A stretch of DNA of 64,000 nt from Pristiophorus japonicus. Lineage: Eukaryota. The notes below the pieces were generated by a model. That model was given only the letters and a program-made list of their open reading frames with translations. It made no database searches and was not told the DNA's origin. Positions 1-13,276 of this stretch are shown piece by piece (the first letter of the stretch is position 1; each line of letters starts with the position of its first letter). The stretch is taken from NCBI RefSeq assembly GCF_044704955.1, contig NC_091999.1, positions 65,596,001 to 65,660,000 on the forward strand, in the 5' to 3' direction. A program made the position numbers and the translations under genes.

Positions 1-225
1 GAGAGTGCTAATCTTTCAGTCCTTTCCAAACGGAGGTAAAATAAGTCAGAGAATTATACATTTATTAACCTCACATCACGGAAAGGTACAGTGTCATCAT
101 TACCATCAATTACACCAATGATCCACACTGGAGGTAAATATCATGAACTTCTGTGTGATGATGTGTGATCACTGGACAATAAAGCACAGATACTGGTGGA
201 TGTCTGCTCATGATCATGTTTCATA

Positions 226-260
226 CACACACACACAAACACACACACACAAACACACAC
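226..260. repeat. (CA)n microsatellite
   Basis: Direct reading. Confidence 0.9.
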
Positions 261-717
261 ATATGTTATATATAATTATAGCAAATACAAGGTTTGCACA
301 TATTCAGTAACTTTTCTTAACTAGCTGGACATTAGTGTACTAGTTAGATAATAAGATTCCCTGTCTGCCCATCCAGGCTCTATCTAACGCAACAAATGCA
401 AACTGCAAAATATTGCCAGAAAAAAACCTTAACTTAAGAAAATTGCGAGCAATCGGCATGGTTTAAAACAACTGTAAATTGGTAATAAGTAGTGCAAAGT
501 GCAGTGTGCTTTTTCATGTTTAGACCTGTCCTTCAATCCCAGTCCATCTCTGGGATAATGTTACAGCATTCAGCCCATCCTTTCAACACACATTTTACAG
601 AAAAAATACCAGTTCATTTCGAAATTGATTGCCTGCAGATGGTGAAATGTATTAAGTAAACGATTGGTTTGCTTGCAAACAAAATTATTTCATCCTCGCA
701 GGCAGGCAAATATTAAT

Positions 718-1015
718 ATCCATCCATCCATCTACACATCAATCCATCCATACGTCCATCCATCCATCCATCCGTCTATCCTTCCATCCTTTCATCCATC
801 CATCCGTCCGTCCATCCATCCATTTATCCTTCCGTCAATCCGTCTGTCCATACATCCATCCATCTATCCTTCCGTCCATCCATCCGTATGTCCATCCATC
901 CATCTATCCTTCCATCAATCCGTCCGTCCATACATCCATCCATCTATCCTTCCGTCCATCCATCCGTCCGTCGTTCCATCCGTCCGTCAGTCCGTCCATC
1001 CATCCATCCATATGT
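718..1015. repeat. (CCAT/CCGT)n tetranucleotide microsatellite
   Basis: Direct reading; explains the low-complexity ORF 664-1044. Confidence 0.95.
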
Positions 1016-1039
1016 CCATAGGTACATCTAACCAATATA

Positions 1040-1332
1040 AATAGTTAGTAGTCCAGTAATAACTGAGACAGAGTCTAGTTTAATGTAAGCATATCGAGGG
1101 TCCAATGTAATATAACATTGTCTCTTGCTGTAATAACTGACACAAATGCATTATTTGAAAGATAAAATACCCAATGTAATAAAAACGGTCGACAGTCTAG
1201 TGTAGTAATAACGGCGACAGGATCCAGTGTAAAATAAAGGAAGACAGGCTCTGGTGCAGTAATAACTGTGGCAGGGTCGAGTGTAACATTAGCACAGACA
1301 GGATACAATGGAGTACGATAACTGATAGGGTA
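1040..1332 (+). repeat. Degenerate 27-bp tandem array, block 1
   Basis: Unit approx. CAGGGTCTAGTGTAATATAAACAGAGA. Confidence 0.8.
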
Positions 1333-2028
1333 CATCATAGGAAGTCCCTCCGGATCGAGGAAGATGTGTTTCCACTCTTAGCATGAGTTCTTAGGTGGTT
1401 GCACAGTACAATGCTTGAACCACTCTTTCTGTCACAGGTGGGACAGATAATCATTGAGGGAAAGTGTAGACATAGAACCTGGTTTGCCGTATGCTCATTC
1501 CATTGCCTGCACTTCATTTCTGCATGCTATCGGTGATGTTACTCGAGAAGCTCAGTGCCCTCCCGAATGCACTTCATCCACTTAGGGCGGTCTATGGCCA
1601 AGGAGTCCCAGGTATCAGTGGGGTTGTCACACTTTATCAGGGAAGCTTTGAGGGTGTCTTTGTGACGTTTCCTCTGCCCGCCTGTGGCTTGTTTGCCCTG
1701 GACGAGTTCAGAAAAGAGTGCTTGATTTGGGAGTTTCAAGTCTGGCATGCGAAATATGTGGTCTGACCAGCGGAGCTGTTCACGTGTGGTCAGTGCTTCA
1801 ATGCTGGGGATGTTGGCCTGGACGAGGACGCTAATGTTTCTGTGTCTGTCCCCCCAGAGGATTTGCAGGATGTTGTGGAGACATTGCTGTTGGTAGTTCT
1901 CCAGCAACTTGCGGTGTCTACTGTACATGGTCTAAGTCTCTGAGCCATACAGGAGGGCGGGCATTACTACAGCCCTGTAGACCATGAGCTTGGTGACAAT
2001 TTTTAGGGACTAATCTTCAAACACCCTT
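1333..2028 (-). mobile_element. RTE-clade LINE, 3' part
   Basis: ORF 1539-1928 (RT C-terminal, QLRWSDHIFRM), terminal CPTC..H..H zinc finger, 3' end matching the copy at 59631. Confidence 0.9.
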
Positions 2029-3284
2029 TGAATTGACTCAGACTTGGAACACTGTGTTCGCAGATGCACGACGTGTGCCCAGCTGGGCAATGCCCCCAGG
2101 GAGGCCCAACTCAGCCCTGGCCCACTAGGCCATGGTCACGTATTCACGTAGACTATGCAGGCCCGTTCATGGGAAAAATATTCCTCATTGTTGTTGATCT
2201 GTACTCGAAATTGAGCGAGTGCATTATATTGAATTTGTGCACGACATCCACCAGTGTGGAGAGTCTGCGTGCAGTCTTTGTGACCCACAGCTTTCCGGAC
2301 ATCCTGGTTAGCGACAACGGCCCGTGTTTCATTAGTTATGAATTCCGGGAGTTCATGTTGGGTAATGGCATCAAACATGTCAGGACAGCATCGCTGAAGC
2401 CGGCCTCCAATGGCCAGGCGGAACGTGCGGTCCAAATCATAAAACGAAGCATGCTTCGGGTTCAAGGACCCGCCCTTCAATGCCACCTATCGCGCCTCCT
2501 GCTGGCTTATAGGTCCCGACCGCATCGCTCACGCGAGTCCCGCCCGCGAAACTACTCATGAAAGGTCCTGTCAGATATTGTTGAGGCCAGCGCCAGTCCC
2601 AAAATAAGTGCCATGACCGTAACTCAAAGGGGAAATGTATAGAAATCAATGACCCTGTATTTGTTCTTAATCACGCTTTGGGGAAAAAATGACTTGAGGG
2701 TGCTCTAATTGGCAAAGAGGGGAAGAGGGTCATAGAGGTCAGACTTAACAATGGACAGAAATGACCAAGCATCTGGACCAAGTAAAAAAAAGTTTCAGCA
2801 TGGACACTGAGGAACCTGAGGAAGATCATGAGATGCTGCCCACATCACCGCCAGTGAATGAGCAACAAGAACTTTCAGCAGCATGTACAATCCCTGCGGC
2901 CAGCCCGGATGAGCCGGAATGACCACAGAGGACAGAGACGCATGCCAAGGCTCAACAACCAGAGCTCCAACTGCGGCGCTCCACGAGAGAGCGTCGACAG
3001 CCCGAAAGACGTGGTGGGGGGGGGGGGCGGAGGGTGATGTCATGTATGTAAACTTCATGTAACTGTAACCTTCATGCATACTATATACACCTAAGAAATG
3101 CACACCTTGACCACAGGGGGTAAACTTGTGGAGTCACACCTTGCCTGGCCTTTCAGGTATAAAAGCGGAAGCTCCAAACCACTTCATCACTTCTTGGTCC
3201 TGTGAATAAAGATCAGGTCACAGAGTGACTTTGCCTGCAGAATGTGCCTCGTGTGAATTTATACTAGTGTGTAAGGACACAACA
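2029..3284 (+). mobile_element. Mag-type Gypsy LTR retrotransposon 3' fragment (integrase, PPT, 3' LTR 3038-3284)
   Basis: WSRIHVDYAGPF, VSDNGPCF, SNGQAERAVQ; G-rich polypurine tract; LTR TG...CA with TATA and AATAAA. Confidence 0.9.
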
Positions 3285-3479
3285 ATTAACCTCAGCAACG
3301 CTAGGAATTAATATTTGGCTATGTTAAACAATTCTAAGCGACTTGATCTGGGTGCAAAGTACGTCCAAAATTGCACTAGTTTTGAGAAAGGTTTTTGTTC
3401 ACAAGTTTCCACCGAACTAATTTGCACATCATCAAACTTAAAATCTGCCATGAACCAGGACAATCGGTAAATGTCTTAG

Positions 3480-4100
3480 AACGGAATGTCCTGGATTTTC
3501 AGGTGCCTATGACTGCATACGCTATGCGTACATGATCATAAGTGCCCCGCTTTTCAGGGTTTCCGCATGCAATGTGCATGCGCGAAAACCCAGAAATTGC
3601 GATCTGTCAAGTTTCAGCTTGACAAATGTTATGAATGCACAGGAAATGGACATTCGTTGGCACAGGGTTGGGCTACTTGCCCATCTACTGCGCAGCGAAT
3701 GTCCACCAAAATCTGATGTCTGGTAAAAGCAGGTGCAATTCTTTTTTTTATCCGTGTAAAGGTATAAATAAATATTAAAATATAAAATATTAAATAATTT
3801 AAACATTCAAAAACCTTTCAAATTAGTTTAGATTATTTTTAGCCGTTTTAAAAATGTTTAAATTTATTTTTCAAAAAATTAAATTTTTTTGTTTAAATGT
3901 TTAATTAAATTGTATTTTGAACATGCCATGATTTATTTTCATTTAAGTAGCGTGAAAGTGTGTTTTTTAGGGTATTCCTATTATGCTTATGCGGATGCTG
4001 TACGTAAATGCAATCCCCATAAGCATAATGGGAATCCCCCATTCTCATCGGTTGGGCCGGCCCATTTTATCCCAGAGACGCTTGCAAACCACATGCTCCT
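3480..4100 (-). mobile_element. Non-autonomous DNA element (MITE-like) fragment related to 5721-6440
   Basis: Shares reverse-complement blocks (e.g. aaaagcaggtgca / tgcacctgctttt) and AT-rich core with 5721-6440. Confidence 0.55.
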
Positions 4101-4127
4101 CTGGGATACGTGGGCCTCTACACAGGC

Positions 4128-5197
4128 GTTTTCTCAGGCTGTCGAAGGTTGCACTGGTGCGCTGGAGGCGGGGCTGGATCTCATCATCAATTCCTGCTCT
4201 TGTGGACAGGAGCTTCGGAGATAGTGGAAGTGGGCCACATTGTCCAGGGCCACGCCGTGGATCTTGATGCATGGCGGGCAGTGCTGTGTGGCGAGGAAAG
4301 GCTGGTGTAGCACCTTTGTCTTAATAATGTTTAGCGTAATGCCCATATGCCTCGGTAAGTACACCGACTAGGTCCTGTATTTCAGCCTCTGTGTATGCAC
4401 AGACGCAGGCATCGTCAGTGTACTGCAACTCGACGACAGAGGTTGGAATGGCCTTGGGCCTGGCCTGGAGATGGCGAAAGTTGAACAGCTTCCCACTGTT
4501 TTTGTGCTGTAGCTCCACTCCAGTGGGGAGATTATCAACTGTGAGGTGGAGCGTGGCAGTGAGGAAGATTGGGAAGAGGGTTGGGGTGATGACGCAGCAC
4601 TGCTTGACACCGGTCCGGACATGAATTGGTTCTGTAATAGATCCGGTGGTAAGGATCACGTCTTGCATGTCGTCGTGGAGCAGGCGGAGTATGGTGACTT
4701 ACTTTGGAGGCATCTGAAATGGAGGAGAATGCTCCACAGACAGTGTCAAAGGCCTTTGTATGTTTGAAGAAGGCCATGTATAAGGGCGGGCGTTGTTCCG
4801 TTCATTTTTCCTGCAGCTGTCGCACTGCAAAAATCATTTCCGTTGTGCCCCGGAGGTGACGAAATGTGCACTGCGACTCTGGGACGAGCTCCTCGGCCAC
4901 GGGGAGATGATTGACGAGGAGTCGTGCGACGACTTTCCCAGTGGTTGATAGCAGGGAGATTCCTCTGTAGTTGCCGCAATCGCACATGTCCCCGTTTTTA
5001 AAGATCGTAATGATCACTGCATATGTAAGATTTCCTGGCATGTTCTCCTCCATCCAGAGGAGAGAGATGAGGTTGTATATTCGCGCCAGTAGTGCCTCGC
5101 CGCCATACTTCAGTGCCTCAGCAGGGATTCCATCCGCTCCTGTAGCCTTGTTATTTTTTTAGCTGTCTTTTGACCTTTTCTACCTCATGCAGTGTTA
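4128..5197 (-). mobile_element. RTE-clade LINE, RT core (upstream part of the 1333-2028 element)
   Basis: NYRGISLLS, GVKQCCVITPTLF, LQYTDD motifs; colinear with the uninterrupted copy near 60300. Confidence 0.9.
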
Positions 5198-5720
5198 ATG
5201 TAACATAACAGAGTGCCTAGCGTTGTAATAACTGCGACAGTGCTTAGTGCAACGTAAACAGCGACAGGATATCGTGCAATAATATCTGAGGAAGGGTCTC
5301 GTGTATTGTAAAGCGGGCAGGATATAGCGCAGTAATAACTGTGGCAGGGCCGAGTGTAAGTTAAATGGAGACAGGGCTTAGTGTCATATAAGCAGATACA
5401 GGGTCGAGTGTATTAACAACTGACACAAGCTTTCGCGCAATATAAACTCAGATCCGGTCTACCAGAATATGAACAGAGACAGGGCCGAGTGTAATATAAC
5501 TAGAGAAAGGATCTATTGTGATATAAACTAAAACAGGGTCTAGTGTAATATAAACAGTAACATGGTCTAGTGTAATATAGAGACGGGATCAAATGGAATA
5601 TATAGAGAGACAGTGTCCAGTGTAATATAAACATAAACGGCACCTCGTGCAATCCAAGCATGGAAACGGTCGAGTGCATAATAACAGAGATGGTTCCTGA
5701 TAAATATGAACGCAGACAGT
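5198..5720 (+). repeat. 27-bp tandem array, block 2
   Basis: Same unit as block 1. Confidence 0.85.
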
Positions 5721-6440
5721 GGCCCACAAATTAGGGTTCGGAGGCTTCCCGCGGGTAATTGCCTCAGCCCAGAAACATTTCTACCAAATTAACTGCTGGT
5801 CCTGGAGGAGCCTGTGATTCCGTTGGGGAGGCCTTTTCTTCCCGTGCTGTGCAGCAGGCTCCCGTCCGGAGGGTTCCCACGCAGAAGATGCAGTCGTGTA
5901 TGACTACTCAGCTAATCAGGTACTGTATCCCATAGCTTTTCCATTAATAGCAATGAGAAATCCATAGCTACTAGTTCGCATTGCGAAAAAAACAAACATA
6001 CAAAAAAAATTAAAAACAGACCTCACATAAAGAATATTAATTTTTCCGATTTTTTCAAAAGCTTTTTTAATTAGGGTTAAAAATAAACTTATCTTAGTGG
6101 GCAGAGTTTCTTACAATACAAAGTGCTTCTTTAATTCTATTTTATTATCGTTGTGTATGTTTTTAAGCACTTGCGCCTGTAAAAGTAGGCTGTGCACCTG
6201 CTTTTTCAGCGGCAAGACTTTTGAGGACATTTTCTGGGCAAGATATGGATCAATCTCTCACTCTTGCCAAGCAAATGTCCTCGCTCCCGATGTGTGGATC
6301 ATCTCTCAAGGTCCAGCTTGACAGATTGGAAAAGGCGGTTTTCAGCGCTTTCATATTGTGCACTGAAAACCAACATTTACGATGTCTTCCCAGGTCTGTA
6401 AAAACTTCGTACAGACGGGAAAGGCCGCAATTTCTGGGGC
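5721..6440. mobile_element. MITE-like element with short terminal inverted repeats
   Basis: Starts GGCCCACAAATT, ends AATTTCTGGGGC; interrupts the 27-bp array; AT-rich core, no credible ORF. Confidence 0.65.
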
Positions 6441-7180
6441 AATGTCCAGTGCAGTAATAAGTAAGAGAGGGTCTAGTGTAATATAATCAGAGACAGGGCC
6501 TCGTGTAATATAAACAACGACAAGGTGTTGTTCAATATATGCAGAGACATGTTCTCGTTTAAAATAAACAGATACATTGCTAAATCCAATAATAAGCGAG
6601 ACGAGGCCTAGTGTAATAAAGATACAGACCAGGTCTCGTGCAGTAAGAAGTTTAATAATGTATAATGTCATGTAAACAGAAACACTGTCTCGTGCAATAA
6701 AACGGATACAGGGACTAGTGTAAAATATATACAGTCAGAGTCTAGTGTGATGTAAAACATTTACATGATCTAGGGTAATATAAATAGAGACAGGGTCAAG
6801 TGTAATATAAACAGAGTCAGGGTCCAGTGTCATACAAACAGAGACACGTTGTAGTGTAATATAAACAGAGAGGGTCTAGTATAATATGAACAGAGACATG
6901 ATCTAACGCAATAAGAACTGGGGCAGGAGCTAACGTCATATTGAAAGAGACAGCTTTGAGTGTAATATAAATTGAGACAGGTTCTATTGCAGTAAACTGA
7001 GACATGTGTGAGTGTAATGTAAAGGGAGACAGGGTCTCGTGAAATATAAACAGAGACAGGGTTTGTTGCACTAAGTACAAATTCTAGTGCAATCATAACT
7101 GAGACAGTATCTAATATAATGTAAGCAGAGACCGGATCTAATGCAGTATAAATGATACAGGTGCTAATGTAAGATAACAG
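6441..7180 (+). repeat. 27-bp tandem array, block 3
   Basis: Clear 27-nt periodicity (e.g. 6781-6860). Confidence 0.9.
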
Positions 7181-7571
7181 GGGAGAAATTGGCCTCAGTT
7201 GCCCCTCCCGTTAGCACCTGTGGCTGGGGGGAAGAGAGAATAGTAACGGGACGCTTTAGGCTTGATGACCAGTTGTGGCTAGAGGACTGATGCCCACAAA
7301 ATTTTCATTGAGTTTTCCATCCGTGGCAACCTCTAGCGCCACGATCTATTGCTCCCGAACATCATGACATCATCCAGCTGTGCAACGACCCGGTAGCGCC
7401 CCGGATCCAAATTCGGTTCTGACCCCTGCTGCATCGCCACGCGACAACAGCGTCAGCTGTAGGAGTCCCGCCGCTTGTGGAGCGGTATTTAATGTTAAGG
7501 CTGCTTGTGTCAATGATAAATTTATTTTCACCCTTAGGTTTATTTTCAAATTTCAAGTGCCAGTTATGCCG

Positions 7572-7840
7572 TCTCAATTATTATCACACGAGACCCTGTC
7601 GCTTTTTAAATTAAACCAAGCACTGTCCCTGTTTATATTAAACTAGATCCTGTCCCTATTTGTATTACACTTGACCCTGCCTCTATTGATATTACAGTAG
7701 ACCATTTCGCTGTTTTTATTACAGGAGGCCCGGTCTCTGTTTATATTACACTAGATCCCTCTCAGTTATTACTGCACTAGATCCTGTCTCTCTTTGCATT
7801 ACATTAGACCCTGTCTCTGTTTATATTTAACTTGACCATC
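7572..7840 (-). repeat. 27-bp tandem array, block 4 (inverted)
   Basis: Reverse-complement unit TCTCTGTTTATATTACACTAGACCCTG. Confidence 0.85.
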
Positions 7841-7849
7841 TTTCGATTT

Positions 7850-9975
7850 CCAATATATATCCATGTCCCTCTTTGAAAGTTTTTATTGAAATTGGTTCCA
7901 CCACCCTTTCAGGAAATACATTCCAGATTATCGCAACTCGCCATTTAAAAAAATCTCCTTATTTTCCCTCTGGACTTATTTTGTCAATTATATTAAAACT
8001 TTGTCCTGTCGTGACCGACATGACTGCCGGTAGAATCCATATCATATTATCAATGCTATCCAACCTCTTCATAATTTTAACACCTCTATTAATTCTCCAT
8101 ATAACCTTCTCTAGTATAAGAACAATGCACATAACGGAAATTCCTTCTCGCTCGTGTCAATCTCCATAGCAACCTCTCCAAAGAGTTGACATCTTTCCTA
8201 AGGTGTGGATTGAAATATTTTCCATCTTTATTTCTCCTTCAGATTATTGCTGAGGATGAATTCCTTCTTGAAATTGGACTGCCTGAGCAGTAATCTGAAT
8301 TGTATTACTATTGATAAAAATTATTTTACTTGTTCTGACAGTGCAGGCAGTTACTGATAAGCTAAGCAATTTTGGCCACATCAGCAATAATCATGACGCA
8401 TGATTAAATAAGATCATGGTCGCCACCTGCTGATGAGCAACATCTAGTACAGGCGCCAGAGTTGCATTTAAGCATGATTGATAATTCCAGACAAATAAAT
8501 TGCATGAAGTTAGTGACGTTCACCCAGAGGAGTTTCTCAGAGCAAACCACATGAGGGCCAAGAGATCAGGACGAATAAAGGGAGAAATGAACAACATTAC
8601 TGTTATAAATTCACCTTCAGGTCATCTTACAAAGCCGTCAGCTGAGACACACTTCCTTAATGAATAAAAACCTCACAGGAAAAATGGTCCAACCGTGGCT
8701 CACAGGGAAAGTTAAATATAATATTAGATGAAACGAACAGGCTTAGAATGTTGCCAAAAAAGCGATTGCGAGGATTTTAGAAATCAGCAAAATTGTCCAG
8801 GCAATTGATAAAGTGAGCGAAAATACAACATGAGAATAAACTAGCAAAAAAATAATAGCTTCTACAAGTAACTAAAATTATGAATTAGATGAAGGTACCG
8901 TGTTTATGTTATCGAAGTTTTCTGACAATACGAGGTTAGGTAGGAAAGTAACAGAAAGGTGGAAACAAAAAGGTTTCAATGGGATATAAACAGATTTATA
9001 GTAAGTCAGCAAGGTCATAGCAATTTAATGGAAGATGCAATACAGGTGGTCAAAATAGTGAAATATTTTGATTGATTATAATATGCTATACCATTTCCAG
9101 TGGAATACGAATCATTAACCAGTGTTCAGAGATTCAATGTGAATGGCTAAATAACCAGAGGGAATATTACATAGTTATTATGTAGAAGTACGTAGAATAA
9201 ACAGCATTGAAAAGCGTCATTCGGTTCCACAGTACATACCGGAGTTTATGCTCCACTCGAGCTTCCTCCCATCTTTCCTTACTTAAATCTATGAGCATAA
9301 TCCTCTATTCACTTCAATCCTCATATGATTAGCTAGCCTCCCTTCAATGTTAGTCGCTCCCCGTTCCAGCGAGGTCTCACCACTCACTGAGGGGTCTGCA
9401 CAGACTAAATTGAGGAAACTGTTCCCAATGTTAGAAGCTTCCAGAACCGGGGGATACACATTTAAAGTTATTAGCAAAAGAACAAAAGGCGACATGAGAA
9501 AAAACGTTTTCATGCACTGAGTGTTTATCTGGTATGTGCTGCTTGAAACGCTGAACTTTATCTTTCAAAAAGGAATTGTATAAGTATCTGAAGTTAAATC
9601 GGGCAAGGCTACGAGGAGAGGCCTGAGGTGTGGACCTAGCTGAGCGTCGTTACGGACTCAATGGGACGAACGGTCTTCTTACGTGCTGTAAGCATTCTAT
9701 GATTTTATAAAGAGGTTTTTCTGAATTCCACATAAGATTTATTGCCGACTCTTTTAAATTGATGGCCTCTACTTTTGCTCTTCCCCACAAGAGGAAACAT
9801 AATGTCTGCAACCACTCTATCAAAACCTTTCAATTTTAAAAACCGCTATTAGATCACCCCGAAGCCTTCCCTTGTCAAGAGAAAAGAAAGCCAGCCTTTA
9901 CATCCTTTCCTGATAGGTATAACCTCGAATAACTGGTATCATCCTTGTAAATATTTTCAGCAAGCTCGCCAGTGG
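7850..9975. mobile_element. Mosaic of old CR1 LINE fragments and CR1-tailed SINE pieces on both strands
   Basis: Degenerate CR1 ORF2 3' motifs and 3' UTR tails. Confidence 0.65.
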
Positions 9976-9979
9976 TTCT

Positions 9980-10262
9980 ATGACTCTATTTACATTTCAC
10001 TAGTTCTGCCTCAGTTATTACTGCAGCAGACCCAGTTCGTGTTTCGATAACACGAGACCCTGTAGCTGTTTATATTAGACTAGACCCTGTCTCTGTTTAT
10101 ATTACAATAGACACTTTCTCAATAATTACTGCACGCATCCCTATCACTGGTTACATTTCTCTAGGCGATATCTCTGTTATTAATGCACTGCACAATGTTG
10201 CTGTTGCAAGGCTTTGACTGTTAATTTGCTCTAGATCAGATATCTGTTTGTATTGCATCGTC
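9980..10262 (-). repeat. 27-bp tandem array, block 5 (inverted)
   Basis: Reverse-complement unit, e.g. tagaccctgtctctgtttatattacaa at 10081. Confidence 0.8.
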
Positions 10263-10632
10263 CCTGGAAATGTCCAATTGTAATTGTTTGCAGGAACAGA
10301 GGGGCATGGCGGAGTCCGTTGACATGTGGCCGTTCAAGTTTATAAGGCTTTTAACAAGGAATATTGGATTAGCGCCTTTATAAATGGAGGCGTAGATTAC
10401 AAAAGCAATGAATTAGTGCTAACCGTTTATAAAACACTATTTAGGCCCCGTGCATTCATTCATTTATGCATCCATTCATCCATCCAGTGGTACATTAATA
10501 AAAACAAAATCGGGCACCTAACTATCCATCACACCTGCAATGCTATATCAATCTATTCATCTTCGCAAACATGCATACTGATTTCTTCCAGAATATATCC
10601 TACCTCTTAGGTATTTTCTGCCTATCTGATTT

Positions 10633-11315
10633 NNNNNNNNNNNNNNNNNNNNNNNNNNNNNNNNNNNNNNNNNNNNNNNNNNNNNNNNNNNNNNNNNNNN
10701 NNNNNNNNNNNNNNNNNNNNNNNNNNNNNNNNNNNNNNNNNNNNNNNNNNNNNNNNNNNNNNNNNNNNNNNNNNNNNNNNNNNNNNNNNNNNNNNNNNNN
10801 NNNNNNNNNNNNNNNNNNNNNNNNNNNNNNNNNNNNNNNNNNNNNNNNNNNNNNNNNNNNNNNNNNNNNNNNNNNNNNNNNNNNNNNNNNNNNNNNNNNN
10901 NNNNNNNNNNNNNNNNNNNNNNNNNNNNNNNNNNNNNNNNNNNNNNNNNNNNNNNNNNNNNNNNNNNNNNNNNNNNNNNNNNNNNNNNNNNNNNNNNNNN
11001 NNNNNNNNNNNNNNNNNNNNNNNNNNNNNNNNNNNNNNNNNNNNNNNNNNNNNNNNNNNNNNNNNNNNNNNNNNNNNNNNNNNNNNNNNNNNNNNNNNNN
11101 NNNNNNNNNNNNNNNNNNNNNNNNNNNNNNNNNNNNNNNNNNNNNNNNNNNNNNNNNNNNNNNNNNNNNNNNNNNNNNNNNNNNNNNNNNNNNNNNNNNN
11201 NNNNNNNNNNNNNNNNNNNNNNNNNNNNNNNNNNNNNNNNNNNNNNNNNNNNNNNNNNNNNNNNNNNNNNNNNNNNNNNNNNNNNNNNNNNNNNNNNNNN
11301 NNNNNNNNNNNNNNN
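10633..11315. other. Assembly gap (683 N)
   Basis: Run of N next to a degenerate CATC/CTAT microsatellite. Confidence 1.
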
Positions 11316-12928
11316 ATGGCTGTGTTACAATGTGGTCTAACTGATTGCTGCTACTGACATGCTGTCTCCGACGGTGAATGTATTTCCTTTCCTGCGATAT
11401 GGGAAAAGTTACACACATTTACACAACTAAAAAAATTAAACTTAACTCAAGTACTATTGCTGGGTAGATTTGTATTTAATAGGCCTCATTCACAATGTAA
11501 AGGGTTTGCAGTTGGCTTTCAGCCAAGCGGTCAGTTGTGAGGAAAAAGATCGTTGTTGTTCTGCACAGAACCCCAGTGCTTCCTGTAAATTATATTGAGT
11601 GTTGGAGCCTCGCTGACGGCAGTCGGGTGGTTTGCCGCCAAATACTGTGTGGCTCAGATTAGTGTGAACAAGAATGGGAGAAAGATGGGATTTAACAATT
11701 TGAACATTAAAATATAAGAAGTTGTCCTGCAAGAAATATGCATTTTACGTGGTGTAACTTCGAATGAATGAATTTCGGTAAAACCCATGAGCATAACATT
11801 ATAAAATGTAATGATAAACCAATAAATTGATACATATAGTGTTTAATTAACACGATTTGCAAATAAATACATTTCTAGATCATCCATTCCCTTTATTCCA
11901 TACAGCACAAAGTTCTGGAGATAGGTTTAATGACCCCACCCCACACTGTAATGAGATAAGTCGGAATCGCAATGGAAATTAAACAGAGGTGGCATTACCT
12001 CGAATCCGTTGCACTTCGTTTAATATTCTCACATTATTCTGCTCCTGATTAAACTAAAGTCTCCCTTATTACTGATCAGCAGCTGCGCACTGTGCAATGT
12101 AATATTGGCTTATTTGGATCCCTGAACACCCCACTGAGACCGTCTACCAATGGGTAGAAACATGTTTCAGTGGGAGATAAAGCATTTATTCCTGTGATAT
12201 TCTGTAACATACTGCTATGTCCTGGCATACTGTGTTCCTAATACCCTTGTGTGTTACACTTTCGGGTACTATTAAAGTTAGTTGAAAGGATTTGGATGCC
12301 GGGGTTTTCTGATCACATTATCACATCTGATTTACCAGCTTCTCTCCTAAAAGCTGAACTGAAGCGCGTGGGCCCCACCTTATTATCTCTCTCCACAAGT
12401 CGCTGCTTAATTATCAGGCAAGCGGACTTATTTTACAACTAATTTTATGAAGGAGTGTCTTAGGGTCCCAGACTCAGGAGCGATTAGAGAAAAGCAATGA
12501 GAGACACTTACGTCTTATGAGGGGTTTGTATTCATCTCTTGCCCAAATCATAGAGCTATGGCGATCCACTTTACCCATCTCCTTCATTCAGTTATACAGA
12601 CCACGGAATTCATATTATAGGGGATAGTTTATTGGTACAGCTGAGGGGATCGGTAACAGGAGATGGAGCAACACATGCTGGCAGTGCATTTCGACCCTGA
12701 TAATGTGAATAAAACTTCGATAGTGACTTCCCCGAAAAGGGAGTGAGGAAATAAAATGATTTCAGTCCACAAAGTAATGCTTAACAAATTCTCAAATGTA
12801 ATGTTACCGCATATTACCAAATAGCATATTGCATTGAAACCATACCGCAAAATGACTATCCCTGGACACAGATACACAGTCGACCATTAATAATAGCCCA
12901 GTGTCCATTCTGTTGGTGATGTGGAAGG

Positions 12929-13011
12929 AGTGACGTGGATCCAGAAGCCGCCTCTATCTGGGAATCAATGGCTGGCACCTGCAGCATCGCCCCCATCTCC
13001 CGGGTATTTAA
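12929..13011 (+). promoter_or_regulatory. Candidate VH promoter: CRE-like decamer AGTGACGTGG and TATA-like TATTTAA
   Basis: AGTGACGTGG at 12929-12938 and TATTTAA at 13005-13011 upstream of the leader ATG; no octamer seen. Confidence 0.55.
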
Positions 13012-13103
13012 CAGCCAGTCACTGGGTCTGCAATACAACAGTCCGGGAGTGGGTTTCCTCAGTGAGTTCTTGCCTGAAATATTTACCACACTTTACCAGG
13101 AGG

Positions 13104-13149
13104 ATGAGGTCGGCGATTTCTCTAACTCTTTTGCTGGCTTTTTTAACCC
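13104..13149 (+). pseudogene. IgH leader exon (MRSAISLTLLLAFLT)
   Basis: ATG at 13104, hydrophobic signal peptide typical of shark VH leaders, phase-1 donor GTGAGT at 13150, 127-bp intron. Confidence 0.93.
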
Positions 13150-13276
13150 GTGAGTAGTTTTTATTGTCCAGTCTCTCAATGTAAATGTCTCACTCTTACC
13201 CTCCCTCTAGAATATTACTGAGTCAGGAATCATTTTTCCAGGATTAATCCTCCAGGTGTTTTGATGTTTTTCACAG

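Noticed and set aside
75-520. Possible small minus-strand exons with signal-peptide-like translation near the window start
   Set aside because: Too short, one frame contains a stop, no recognisable family; cannot be supported
664-1044. 126-aa ORF
   Set aside because: Translation of a (CCAT)n microsatellite
5198-7180. CRISPR-like array
   Set aside because: Eukaryotic DNA; head-to-tail degenerate 27-bp units without unique spacers or cas genes
10571-11418. Long ORFs across N runs (also 56054-56564)
   Set aside because: Artefacts of assembly gaps
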